Assembly: GCA_965243025.1 (NCBI GenBank)
Contig: CBDETY010000003.1
Coordinates: 928,001-992,000 of the forward strand
Direction of reading: 5' to 3'
Source: Candidatus Latescibacterota bacterium
GTDB taxonomy: Bacteria > Latescibacterota > UBA2968 > UBA8231
Length of the DNA: 64,000 bases
Both the position numbers and the translations under genes were made by a program. Each line of letters begins with the position of its first letter. Within the stretch, counting starts at the first letter, position 1. Positions 1 through 10,871 of the stretch are shown here, in pieces. The notes beneath the pieces are model-generated. The model did not search any database and was not told the DNA's origin. It was given only the letters and a program-made list of their open reading frames with translations.

Positions 1-2416
1 GGCGTTTTCGCCGGATGGCGCCACCCTCGCCTCGGCAGGGGGGTTTATCGATCCCACACTCAGGCTGTGGGACGTGGCAACCCGCGCACACGTCGCTACG
101 CTGGTCAGCGGGCACGTTCATGGACCCTATTCCATCTCGTTTTCCCCCGATGGAGCAACTGTGGCTGCCGGGATGTCGGGTGCGATCTGGGTGTGGGACG
201 TAGCGGCCCGGGAATTGATCAATACGATCGAAACGGAGACCGTCCTACCGCAGGCCAATACGTCGATCGGGTCTGTAGTGTATTCGCCGGATGGGACCAT
301 GCTGGCCAGCGCGGGCTCAAGGAGTTCCGGGGTTTGGTTGTGGGACGTTGGGACGGGGAGGTGGTCGGGGACCCGCCTCGGGGAGCACGCGGACCGGATC
401 GAGTCGTTGGCGTTCACACCCGATAGCGCCCTTCTGCTTGGTGTGGGAGCACGCGTATGCAGGCTGTGGGACGTGGCGGCCGGGGCAATCGCCGAATCGA
501 TTATTGGAATCAGGAGTTTTTCCCTTTCCCCCGACGGCGCGCTCCTGGCTTTGGGGTCACATAGGGCGATCAAGCTGTGGGACATGGAGACTCGAGCGGA
601 GATCGCATCCCTCGAGGCTCCGAATTGGGTGGAAAGTGTATCGTTCTCTGCTGACGGCAGGCTCCTGGCTTCGGCGATTTTTCGGGACAACACGATCAAG
701 TTGTGGGACGTAAACAGCCGAAAGGAGGTCGCCTCCCTCCAAGGGCATTCCCATCCGGTCACGTCGGTGACGTTCTCCCCTGACGGAGAGACCCTTGCTT
801 CGCAGTCGTGGAACGGCTTTATCCATAGGATCAAGCTGTGGGACGTGGAAAACCGCGAAGAGGTCGCCTCCCTGGAGGGACACAGGACGGTGGCGTTCTC
901 GCCCGATAGCGCCACCTTGGCGGCTTCGGGATCAAACGACGACGACGGCAGGATCAAGCTGTGGGACGTGGAAAACCGCCAGGAGATCGCCACCCTTATT
1001 GGACATACATATCAGGTCGAATCGGTGGCCTTCTCCCCCGACGGCGCCGTCCTGGCTTCCGGGTCAAGCTGGGACAACACGCTCAAGCTGTGGGACGTGG
1101 CGACCCGAGCGGAAATCGCCTCCCTTGAAGGTAGTCACGTAGCGTTCTCGCCCAACGGCGCGGTCCTGGCTATGTCTGGGAACGGCAGGGTGAAGTTGTG
1201 GGACGTGGAGAACCACAAAGAGATCGCCTCCTTCCAAGGAGGGTCGGGTGGGGTATCGTTTTCGCCCGATGGCGCCACCTTGGCCTCATGGTCTGATGGC
1301 ACCGTGGTGCTGCGGGATGTGGAGTTTCTTCTGCGGCCGCCGCCCCAGACCCTGGCCAGGCTCTCCGGCGATGAGCAGAAGGGACCGGCAGGTTCGGAGT
1401 TGACTCAGCCGTTTGTCGTCCTGGTGCGGGACCGGAACGGGGATCCGTTGGCCGGGGCCACCGTCACCTTCGCGGTCACCGCCGGCGGGGGGACCCTCTC
1501 CGCCGCCACCGCAACCACCGATGCCGACGGCCGGGCAGCCGCCACCCTGATCCTGGGAAGCGAACCCGGAAGGAATACCGTGTCCGCAACCGTCGCCGAG
1601 CTGGACCGGGTAACCTTCACCGCCACCGGGGTTACGATTCCCCAAACTCTGAGCCGGATCTCCGGCAACGAGCAGGAGGGAGCTTCCGGCGCCTCCCTGC
1701 CCGAACCGTTGGTCGCCTCGGTGCTCGATCAGAACGGGGCCGCCTATCCCGGGGCCACCGTCACTTTCGAAATCACCTCCGGCGATGGAACCCTGTCGGC
1801 AGCCACCGACACCACCGATGCCGACGGCCGTGCCGCCACCACCCTGACCCTGGGGCGCGAACCGGGGACCGTCACCGTGGTGGCGACCGTGGCCGGCATC
1901 GAGCCGGTGACGTTCACCGCCACTACCAAGGCCTCCCCCGACTTCGACGGCGACGGCGAAACCGGCTTCTCCGACTTCTTCCTCTTTGCCGACGCCTTCG
2001 GAAGCAACGACTCCCGCTTCGACCTCGACGGCAGCGGCAGCGTCGACTTCGCCGACTTCTTCCTTCTCGCCGACCACTTCGAAGATCCGGCCCGCGGCAA
2101 GCTGCTGGCCCTGGCCCGGGAGAGGATCGGCCTGCCGGACGGACCGCAGCTGCAGCAGAACGCCCCCAACCCCTTCAACAGCCAGACCGTCATCTCCTGG
2201 TTCCAGCTCCGTCCGGGACCCGCGCGAGTGGAGGTGTTCGCCCTGACCGGGCAGCGGGTGGCAATGCTTCATCATGGACCCAGCAAGGCCGGGTACCACC
2301 CCGTGCACTGGGACGGTCGCGACGACCGAGGCCGTCCCCTGGCCAGCGGGGTCTATCTGTACCGATTAGTTACTACCGAGAACGTTCAGACGCGCAAGCT
2401 TACCCTGTTGCGATAG
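1..2416 (+). CDS. Secreted WD40-repeat protein with two Big_1 (invasin-type Ig) domains, dockerin-like EF-hand pair and FlgD/T9SS-like Ig C-terminal domain; 5' end outside window
   Basis: Frame is open from base 2 (AFSPDGATLAS...). Repeated 'VAFSPDG..LASG...IKLWDV' blades, 'LARLSGDEQ...VTFAVTAGGGTLS' Ig domains, DFDGDG/FDLDGSG motifs, tail 'QNAPNPFN...GVYLYRL...RKLTLLR'. Confidence 0.9.
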   Translation, partial: AFSPDGATLASAGGFIDPTLRLWDVATRAHVATLVSGHVHGPYSISFSPDGATVAAGMSGAIWVWDVAARELINTIETETVLPQANTSIGSVVYSPDGTMLASAGSRSSGVWLWDVGTGRWSGTRLGEHADRIESLAFTPDSALLLGVGARVCRLWDVAAGAIAESIIGIRSFSLSPDGALLALGSHRAIKLWDMETRAEIASLEAPNWVESVSFSADGRLLASAIFRDNTIKLWDVNSRKEVASLQGHSHPVTSVTFSPDGETLASQSWNGFIHRIKLWDVENREEVASLEGHRTVAFSPDSATLAASGSNDDDGRIKLWDVENRQEIATLIGHTYQVESVAFSPDGAVLASGSSWDNTLKLWDVATRAEIASLEGSHVAFSPNGAVLAMSGNGRVKLWDVENHKEIASFQGGSGGVSFSPDGATLASWSDGTVVLRDVEFLLRPPPQTLARLSGDEQKGPAGSELTQPFVVLVRDRNGDPLAGATVTFAVTAGGGTLSAATATTDADGRAAATLILGSEPGRNTVSATVAELDRVTFTATGVTIPQTLSRISGNEQEGASGASLPEPLVASVLDQNGAAYPGATVTFEITSGDGTLSAATDTTDADGRAATTLTLGREPGTVTVVATVAGIEPVTFTATTKASPDFDGDGETGFSDFFLFADAFGSNDSRFDLDGSGSVDFADFFLLADHFEDPARGKLLALARERIGLPDGPQLQQNAPNPFNSQTVISWFQLRPGPARVEVFALTGQRVAMLHHGPSKAGYHPVHWDGRDDRGRPLASGVYLYRLVTTENVQTRKLTLLR

Positions 2417-2586
2417 CTCTATTTCTCACCCCGGCCAACCCCCATTATATGGCGGAATTTCCAGTGCTTCTGCTCTTGTCCGGACAATTTTGCAGCTAAA
2501 TCTCAAAAGAGTCTGTTCCAGATAATCCTACTTCCCCAATACAAGGGCAAGGATTCCTGTTCAGTTGACGAGCTACACCTCTGAGA

Positions 2587-3570
2587 ATGCGTTTGTTCAA
2601 TCATACCCTTTTTCTGATCTCATTGACCGCAGGTCTGTTTATGGGATGTGCTGGCAAAGGGTTCTATGTTACAGTGACACGTCCGGCGGAAATCAATTTA
2701 AAGGAATTTGACACGATTGCGGTTGCTGATATAAAACATAAAGATTTCATCGGTGATCTTATTCAGATTCTGACAGGTTGGGATACCGGGGACATTCTCG
2801 CCAAAAATTTCTCCGGGAAGTTGACCCGGGCTCTCAGGGAGAAATCTAAACGATTTGAAGTACTGGACCAGAAGAGTCTAAAGACGTGGATTGGTGAGGG
2901 TGATTCTAGCGCCGGTATCGCACTCATTTCCGGCGAAATTTACGAAGACTATGACGAAGATGTGACCCACAAAGATATTAAAAAAAAGAATAAAAAGACA
3001 GGTGAGGTTGAAACCGTTCGGTGGTATTACCGAGAAGGGACCGCAAGAGTAAGAGTTAGCCTGAGTATTGTAGATTCTCGTACACTTAAGGTGTTGGCAT
3101 ACAGGGAATTTGACGAATCTGAGAGTGAAATAAAAACAAGGGAAAAGAAAAAACCACCTTCCATTATTGAGGACCGCCTTCTTGAGACATGCCGAAAGCA
3201 AATAATTCGTTCTGTTTTGCGGGTGGTGTTGCCTTATTCTCAGCGTGTATACGTCTCATTTGAGACTGACGAGGACCTGCCAGAATTGCAACGTGGCTTC
3301 AAAATCGCAAAGTCGGGAAACTGGAAATCTTCGCTTGAAATCTTTGAAAGGATTACCAAAAACCATCCAAATTCCCCTGTAATTCATAAAGCTTATTACA
3401 ATCTGGGTTTGGGCTATATGTACACCGATCAATTTAATCAGGCCCGCACGGCATTTGAGGAAGCCTATGAAAGAAAACCCAGAAAAAGATACCGGAAAGC
3501 CTTGGCAAAATTGAATATACGCATTGAGGACAAGCGTCGACTGAAAGAGCAAGGGGTAGCGAACTATTAA
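2587..3570 (+). CDS. Lipoprotein with C-terminal TPR repeats
   Basis: Lipobox FMGC; TPR-like 'KAYYNLGLGYMYTDQFNQARTAFEEA'; visibly lower GC than flanks. Confidence 0.75.
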   Translation: MRLFNHTLFLISLTAGLFMGCAGKGFYVTVTRPAEINLKEFDTIAVADIKHKDFIGDLIQILTGWDTGDILAKNFSGKLTRALREKSKRFEVLDQKSLKTWIGEGDSSAGIALISGEIYEDYDEDVTHKDIKKKNKKTGEVETVRWYYREGTARVRVSLSIVDSRTLKVLAYREFDESESEIKTREKKKPPSIIEDRLLETCRKQIIRSVLRVVLPYSQRVYVSFETDEDLPELQRGFKIAKSGNWKSSLEIFERITKNHPNSPVIHKAYYNLGLGYMYTDQFNQARTAFEEAYERKPRKRYRKALAKLNIRIEDKRRLKEQGVANY

Positions 3571-3619
3571 TTCACCTGGCAGTTGAAACAGAAAAGAACC
3601 AACTCGGGCGAGTAATCCC

Positions 3620-4792
3620 TAGTGTCCTGTCGTGTAAGTAACTGTACAAACAGTTGAAGGTGCCGTAGGTTTCTCTTGATTCCCTTTCTGAAAGGAGAGA
3701 CCTAATGGTGACGGGGCGTCCATTAACGCCGTTAGAGCTGAGTCCGTCGGACCGGGAACGATTGGAATCGATGGCCAAATCACGGAGCCTTCCCCACGGG
3801 TTGGTGCGGCGAGCCGAGATTATACTGCTGGCCGCCGAAGGCTGGCCCAATGAAGCCGTCGCGGCCGCGGTGGGTGTGACGCGTGCTACGGTCGGCAAGT
3901 GGCGCCGGCGCTTTCTCGAAAACGGGCTCCAAGGCTTGTATGATGAGCTGCGCTCAGGGGCGCCGCGATCGATCACCGACGAGCAGGTAGCCGAGGTGGT
4001 ATACAAGACCCTGAAGACCCAGCCCAAAGACCAAACCCAGTGGTCGCTGCGCTCCATGGGCGAGGAAACCGGCCTGACCAAGGATGCCGTTCATCGCATT
4101 TGGCGCACGTATGGTTTGCAGCCCCACCGACACAAGCACTTCAAGCTTTCCACCGATCCTTTCTTTGTCGACAAAGTACGGGATATCGTCGGCTTATACC
4201 TGAATCCCCCCGACCACGCCATGGTGCTGTGCGTGGACGAGAAGAGCCAGATCCAGGCGTTGGAACGAAGTCAGCCCATGCTGCCCCTGGGACTGGGCTA
4301 CGTGGAAGGGGTAACGCACGACTACAAGCGGCATGGCACCACCACCCTGTTCGCCGCACTGGACATCGCCACCGGCGCCGTGATGACCCAGTGCAAGTCT
4401 CGTCATCGTCACCAGGAGTTCCTCCAGTTCCTGCGCCACATTGAAGCCAACGTCCCGGCTGACCTCGATATTCATCTGGTCGTCGACAACTACGCCACGC
4501 ATAAGCATGCCAAGGTCAAGCGATGGCTGGCACGGCGGCCTCGATTTCACGTTCACTACACCCCCACCTATGCTTCGTGGCTCAACCAAGTGGAGATTTG
4601 GTTCAGCATCATTACCCGCCAAGCTCTTCGCCGGGACTCGTTCCGTAAGGTGTCAGAGCTCATCGGGCGGATCGAACGCTACACGGCCAAATGGAACGCC
4701 AACGCACACCCGTTCGTCTGGACGGCTACGGCCGATTCCATCCTTGCGAAAATCAAGAGACTTTGCGAACGAATCTCTGCGACACAACACTA
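3620..4792 (+). mobile_element. IS630-family element, copy 1 (transposase 3705-4793)
   Basis: HTH + DDE transposase ([30 protein letters not shown]); imperfect IRs TAgtgtcctgtcg / cgacacaacacTA; TA duplication inside CTAG. Confidence 0.95.
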
Positions 4793-4793
4793 G

Positions 4794-6346
4794 CAGGCTG
4801 TTGAAAAAATCCTATTTCCTAAAAAAACATAGCCTCAGACGATTGCCCGTCGTACCGGCTCTTTTCTAGATTTAGAAAGATCCCAGAAAACGAGCCGATG
4901 CCCCAAGGAGGCCGGTAATGTCGATGAGCAAACGCCGGGAAAGTCAGCAGCAGGAGATCTGGGTGCCGACCCATACCCTGCCCGAGACCCCGAGCCATCC
5001 GTTTTACACCCAACTCAACCGCCTGCTTCAAGAGCATGGGTTCGATTCCTTTGTAGAAGAGCTGTGCGCCCCGTATTACGCCAAGACGTTGGGCCGTCCC
5101 AGTATTGCTCCCGGGGTGTATTTCCGCATGCTCATGATCGGCTATTTCGAGGGTCTGGGCTCGGAGCGGGCCATCGCCTGGCGCGTCGCCGATTCGTTGG
5201 CCCTGCGTCGCTTTCTCGGCTACGCCCTGACCGAGTCCACCCCGGATCATTCGAGCCTGTCGCGTATTCGTCAGCGCCTGCCCGAAGCGGTGCACGAAGC
5301 GGTCTTCGACTGGGTGCTGAAGGTGTTGTCCGACCGGGACCTGCTGCAGGGAAAGACGGTGGCGGTGGACGCCACCACGCTGGAGGCCAACGCGGCGATG
5401 CGCAGCATCGTGCGCCGGGATACGGGCCAGGGCTACCGCGAGTATCTGGAAGGGTTGGCCCGGGCCGAAGGCATTCCGGAGCCGACCCGGCAGGAGGTGG
5501 CCCGGCTCGACCGCAAGCGGGCCAACAAGGCGTCCAACCGGGACTGGGCGCATCCCCATGATCGGGAGGCCCGCATAACCAGGATGAAAGACGGCCGCAC
5601 GCATATGGCCCACAAGGCCGAACATACGGTCGATCTGGACACGCAGGCGCTGGTGGCCCTGCAGGTGTGCGGCGCCGATGAAGGGGATACCGCGTCGCTG
5701 CTGTGGAGTCTGGTGCAGGCGGACCGCAGCCTGAAAGAGGTCGGTGTCGATGAGCAGATCAGGCTGAGCGAAGTGGTGGCGGACCGGGGGTATCACAGCA
5801 ATGACACGATGAAGATGCTGAGGACGGCGGAGATCCGCAGCTACGTGGCCGAACCGGATCGCGGTCGGCGCAACTGGAAGAAGGATGCGCCGGCCAAGAC
5901 GGCGGTGTATGCGAATCGTCGGCGTATACAGGGAGACCGCGGCAAGAGGCTGCAGCGGCTTCGCGCCGAGCATGTGGAGCGCAGTTTCGCTCATACCTAC
6001 GAGACGGGAGGCATGCGCCGCACTCACCTGCGCGGCCACACCAACATCTACAAGCGTCTGTGTATTCATGGCGGCGCCTTCAATCTCGGGCTGGTGATGC
6101 GCAAGCTCACCGGAAAGGGAACGCCGAGAGGGTTGTATGGATTGGCATCCGTATTCTCGACTTTTTCCGATCGCGCAAACGCTCTTTTGGGTCGAATTTT
6201 CGGTTATGTGCGGTTGTTGAACTATCCTTTTCGGGACCATTTCTATAAATGGGAATGTTTAGCCTGATACCCCATTTTCTTGGGAAAGGAAATCATACAT
6301 CCGGGACGTCCGAATTTCCGGAATAACCCGGATTTTCAACGGCCTG
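4794..6346 (+). mobile_element. IS1182-family (IS5/IS4-like DDE) element, transposase 4918-6267
   Basis: GRPSIAPGVYFRML, TPDHSSLSRIR, VAVDAT, VADRGY, VERSFAH motifs; IRs caggctgttgaaaa / ttttcaacggcctg; flanked by CTAG on both sides. Confidence 0.9.
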
Positions 6347-6347
6347 C

Positions 6348-7520
6348 TAGTGTTGTGTCGCAGAGATTCGTTCACAAAGTCTCTTGATTTTCGCGAGGAT
6401 GGAATCGGCCGTAGCCGTCCAGACGAACGGGTGCGCGTTGGCGTTCCATTTGGCCGTGTAGCGTTCGATCCGCTCGATGAGCTCTGATACCTTACGGAAC
6501 GAGTCCCGGCGAAGAGCTTGGCGGGTAATGACGCTGAACCAGATCTCGACTTGGTTGAGCCACGAAGCATACGTGGGGGTGTAGTGAACGTGAAATCGAG
6601 GACGCCGTGCCAGCCATCGCTTGACCTTGGCATGCTTATGCGTGGCGTAGTTGTCGACGACCAGATGAATATCGAGGTCAGCCGGGACGTTGGCTTCAAT
6701 GTGGCGCAGGAACTGGAGGAACTCCTGGTGACGATGACGAGACTTGCACTGGGTCATCACGGCGCCGGTGGCGATGTCCAGTGCGGCGAACAGGGTGGTG
6801 GTGCCATGCCGCTTGTAGTCGTGCGTTACCCCTTCCACGTAGCCCAGTCCCAGGGGCAGCATGGGCTGACTTCGTTCCAACGCCTGGATCTGGCTCTTCT
6901 CGTCCACGCACAGCACCATGGCGTGGTCGGGGGGATTCAGGTATAAGCCGACGATATCCCGTACTTTGTCGACAAAGAAAGGATCGGTGGAAAGCTTGAA
7001 GTGCTTGTGTCGGTGGGGCTGCAAACCATACGTGCGCCAAATGCGATGAACGGCATCCTTGGTCAGGCCGGTTTCCTCGCCCATGGAGCGCAGCGACCAC
7101 TGGGTTTGGTCTTTGGGCTGGGTCTTCAGGGTCTTGTATACCACCTCGGCTACCTGCTCGTCGGTGATCGATCGCGGCGCCCCTGAGCGCAGCTCATCAT
7201 ACAAGCCTTGGAGCCCGTTTTCGAGAAAGCGCCGGCGCCACTTGCCGACCGTAGCACGCGTCACACCCACCGCGGCCGCGACGGCTTCATTGGGCCAGCC
7301 TTCGGCGGCCAGCAGTATAATCTCGGCTCGCCGCACCAACCCGTGGGGAAGGCTCCGTGATTTGGCCATCGATTCCAATCGTTCCCGGTCCGACGGACTC
7401 AGCTCTAACGGCGTTAATGGACGCCCCGTCACCATTAGGTCTCTCCTTTCAGAAAGGGAATCAAGAGAAACCTACGGCACCTTCAACTGTTTGTACAGTT
7501 ACTTACACGACAGGACACTA
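6348..7520 (-). mobile_element. IS630-family element, copy 2 (transposase 6347-7435), inverted relative to copy 1
   Basis: Protein identical to copy 1 except two residues near the C-terminus; same ends and TA duplication. Confidence 0.95.
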
Positions 7521-7613
7521 GCCCCTGGACAGGCTATGAGGGGACTTGAGACGGTCACCTCGTCGGTGTTGCCGTCGTCCTGGGGACAGGTCAAAGAATC
7601 GGAGGGGCGGTGA
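7521..7613 (+). pseudogene. 3' remnant of a secreted-protein gene ending in the WG-x-x-K tail
   Basis: Reads ...ETVTSSVLPSSWGQVKESEGR*, the same tail as 21060, 53425 and 60268; no upstream body. Confidence 0.5.
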
Positions 7614-7882
7614 TGAGCATACGTCGCGGTTTTCCTCCAGTCCTGGTCCTGAGAAACATCTCCAGCGCAGCGACGCTCCGAGCCGAGCGTGTAGCCCCAG
7701 GGTTTATCGTAGTCGGCATAGACGGTCGTATCCGTGCTGCGTTACCCCATCGGTGGAGAGACAGTACCCGCTAATAGTTCCGTAGCCCCACCTCGACCCG
7801 GGCAGTCCTGAAATCTCCCACGAACGCCCGCGACTGCCGTCTTCCGAAGGGCGCCTCCTCCGCGTCCTCCCGATATCCGAGA

Positions 7883-7970
7883 CCGTGATTCGGTGGGATG
7901 CAATCTGAGAGGAGGGAAGTAAACGCCTTGCTCTATATAGTTATACCAGGTTTATTCTTAAATTCGCGCA
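7883..7970 (-). promoter_or_regulatory. Conserved promoter/leader-start element, copy A (copy B 32649-32769)
   Basis: Blocks ccgtgattYggtgggatgca and ggagggaagtaaacgcctt..ctc....gttatacca shared with copy B; minus strand reads TGGTATAAC (extended -10-like). Confidence 0.5.
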
Positions 7971-8122
7971 TTATCGAGACTCTACCGCGCCCTTTGTCGA
8001 GGGGGTATGCCTCCCTGCTCCGAAAGGGCCAGGGCGGGGACATCTTCGATTTACTCCGAATGGGGGCTCATCACCGGCCGGGCCGCCCCGGCGTCCTGCC
8101 GAAACCAAGAGGAGTCAGCGCC

Positions 8123-9253
8123 GTGGGATTCACCCCCTTCCAGATGGAACGATGGCAGTCCACCTACGAACACAGGGTTGAGTACAACCTTTCCGAGAGC
8201 GGCGTGCACCCTCTCACGATTGGTGAACTTCTGTCATACGCGAGTAATGAAACCGACTTTTCCGGCGTGCGCCTGGGGTACAGCCAGTCCAACGGCTCGG
8301 ATGAACTGAGAGCGCTCATCGCCTCCCTTTATCCGGGGGCCACGGATAGATCGGTGAGCGTCACCATCGGGGGCGCCGAGGCCAACTTCGTGGGCTTCTG
8401 GGAACTCGCGTCCCGGGGGGACAAGGCCGCGGTAATGCTCCCCAATTACATGCAGGTTCCCGGGCTGATCCGGAATTTCGACGGCGAAGCCGTTCCCTTC
8501 CATTTGCGCGAAAAGACCGGTTGGCGCCCGGACCTGAACGAGCTTGAAGCGGCTCTGAGTGCGGGTGCCGGTTTCATTCTGGTGACCAATCCGAACAACC
8601 CCACCGGCGTGGCGCTGACCTCGGCGGAGATGGACCAAATCGTCTCTCTGGCCGACCGGCACCGAGCCTGGATCCTCAGCGACGAGGTCTATCGGGGTGC
8701 GGAGGTCGCCGACGCTCCGGTTCCGAGTTTCTGGGGGAGGTACGACAGGGTTCTGGTCACGAATTCGCTGTCGAAGGCGTACGGGCTACCCGGAGTTCGG
8801 CTCGGATGGGTCGTGGGACCGGAGGACGTGGTGGACCGCCTGTGGGCTCGCACCGACTACACCACCATTGCCCCCCCGTCGGTCTCCGATGCCCTCGCCA
8901 GGATCGCTCTGTCCCCCGAGGTGTGGCCGAAGATCCTCGAGCGGACCCAGGGCATCATCCGGCACAACCTCGGCATTCTGGCCGACTGGGCGGCTTCCTG
9001 CAACGGCCTCTTCAGCTACACGCCGCCCGATGCCGGCGCCATCGCCATGGTGCGCTACCGCCCGGACATTGGTTCCCCCGAACTCGCCGAGCGGCTGCGC
9101 GTGGAGCAGAGCGTTCTGATCGTCCCCGGCCACCACTTCGGAATCGACTCGACGATGCGCCTGGGATTCGGTCTCCCTGAAGACGAACTGGTGGAAGGGC
9201 TCGACCGCCTGGGGGCGGTCTTCGAGTCGCTTGCCGGAGTCGCCGTGCGCTGA
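8123..9253 (+). CDS. PLP-dependent aminotransferase class I/II
   Basis: NPNNPTG, SDEVY, SLSKAYGLPGVRLGW (PLP lysine); GTG start at 8123 after GAGGAG. Confidence 0.9.
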   Translation: MGFTPFQMERWQSTYEHRVEYNLSESGVHPLTIGELLSYASNETDFSGVRLGYSQSNGSDELRALIASLYPGATDRSVSVTIGGAEANFVGFWELASRGDKAAVMLPNYMQVPGLIRNFDGEAVPFHLREKTGWRPDLNELEAALSAGAGFILVTNPNNPTGVALTSAEMDQIVSLADRHRAWILSDEVYRGAEVADAPVPSFWGRYDRVLVTNSLSKAYGLPGVRLGWVVGPEDVVDRLWARTDYTTIAPPSVSDALARIALSPEVWPKILERTQGIIRHNLGILADWAASCNGLFSYTPPDAGAIAMVRYRPDIGSPELAERLRVEQSVLIVPGHHFGIDSTMRLGFGLPEDELVEGLDRLGAVFESLAGVAVR

Positions 9254-9519
9254 GGGCCCGCCTCGTCCGGCAGTTCCACGTGTTCCACGCAACCCGGTTC
9301 ATCGTGCCCGGGATGGGGCCGGCCATCTCCTGATCTCTCCGATGGAACTGTTGGAAAGCTGGCGGTTCTGGTTCCCCCGGCCCGTTTCATACTCCTGCCT
9401 GTCGTCCGTTTCCCTGCACGGGCAGCCGCCAGCGCCGGCCGGGCTTTTCCGGGTCTCTCAGGTAAACGGCCCCGCCTTCGGATTAGATCCGCACCCGGCG
9501 CCCCCGCTTGACCGACTCG

Positions 9520-10050
9520 GTCTCCTTGAGACACAGGCGCAGGCCGTCGCGAGCGCTGATTCCCGACAGCTCCCCGGAGTCCCTGCCGGCGGCCACGTGC
9601 TCCAACCGCCTCCCGCAGCTCGGCGACGAAGCCGTCATTTCCGCGCAGCCGCGGCGGTCCCCCCTTCGGCGGTGAGCAGCACCGGGGGCTTACCCCACCA
9701 GCTGTTGTACTTGAGGGTCCCCCGCTCGAAGAACACGTCGTAGCCGTGCTCGAAGGGACAGCCCTGCTGGGACTAGCCAGCCGCCGCTGGCGGTCACCTG
9801 GGGCCCGCCCTCGAAGTGGTAGTGGGTGTCGATGTGCTCCACCACCCCTCCCCTGCGGATCACCCCCGCCGAGGTCACCGCCCCGGGCATGCCGAAAAGG
9901 AACTGCACGAAGTCGGCGTCGTGGATGTGCAGGTCGATGGCCGGTCCGCCGGTGCGGTCCAGATCCTTCGGGGCCCACCACGCCGGCATGGAAATGACGG
10001 GCTTGAAGTCAGCCGCCAAAACGCGCCGCAGAATCGCCGCCCTTGATGAC
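9520..10050 (-). pseudogene. Gfo/Idh/MocA oxidoreductase C-terminal fragment, frameshifted
   Basis: 'GGPAIDLHIHDADFVQFLFGMP' signature; continuation PFEHGYDVFFERG and DGFVAELREAV in other frames; no N-terminal Rossmann half. Confidence 0.7.
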
Positions 10051-10871
10051 CCCATTCGGAATGATCTTTCTGGTGGTTGACGGAGAGATCAGGCAGGAGT
10101 CCGGTTCGTGGGTGCCCTGGCATGGTATTGGCGAGACAACGCTGCAGAAGACATTCTCCTACGGAGAATACAGGAGCGGGACGATTCCCGAGGGATCCTC
10201 TCGTTGCCTTGCACTCCCTCTTGGGAAATCGGCACGGTGGATCGGAGGCCGGCTCTGATCGGGGAGGGGATGAGGGTCGGGACACCTGGCTAATCCCTGG
10301 GGGTTGGAAGCCGGTCGCCGCCGAGGGGGTCAGTTCAGGTGGGTTTGCTTGGGAGAATCAGGAACCGCCCGCGTCGAGGTGCCGATATCGGAAAAACCGG
10401 CTGCGGGGCGGAAGAAACACCAGTGGAACTTGCGAGGACTCCGCCGAGAATCCGCAAGCTGACCGAACTTCTGCAACAATCGACCTGATGGCGCTGTTTC
10501 TCGACGGGCAGGAGCTTCGGCCAACGATAACTCTCCAGTAACTTGCAAACGAAGGGATTCGGTTCCCTTCCTGGAAGCTGTCGGGGTTGTTTCTCACCAC
10601 AGCCGTGTGAGGTTCCGTCTGAAGGTTCTCCTCGGTCACCAAGCGTGTAGCCATCACTGCCACTTTCCAAAGGTCCTTCCACCCAGTGAAAACGACCGAA
10701 TTGACACCCCACGCATGGCCTTTGTACAGACCGTTGAGCCCCGGGCTTCCGCCCGGCTCTCCGGAGGACCGGGTGGGGAGCCGGTCTCCACGCCACCGGC
10801 GTCCGGCTCCGAGAGCATCCGTATGGTCAGTCTTTTGCCCCCCGTAGTTAGGTCCTACCCTGCCGCATCGA

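Noticed and set aside
1286-2308. Long antisense ORFs over GC-rich genes (also 4819-6240, 46671-48374, 51617-52723)
   Set aside because: Typical antisense shadows of high-GC coding sequence.
7898-8122. N-terminal extension of the aminotransferase ORF
   Set aside because: Overlaps the repeated promoter element; better RBS + GTG at 8123.
10300-10850. Possible ncRNA sharing AGCGTGTAGCC with about 7686-7696
   Set aside because: Match too short; no convincing structure or further homology.
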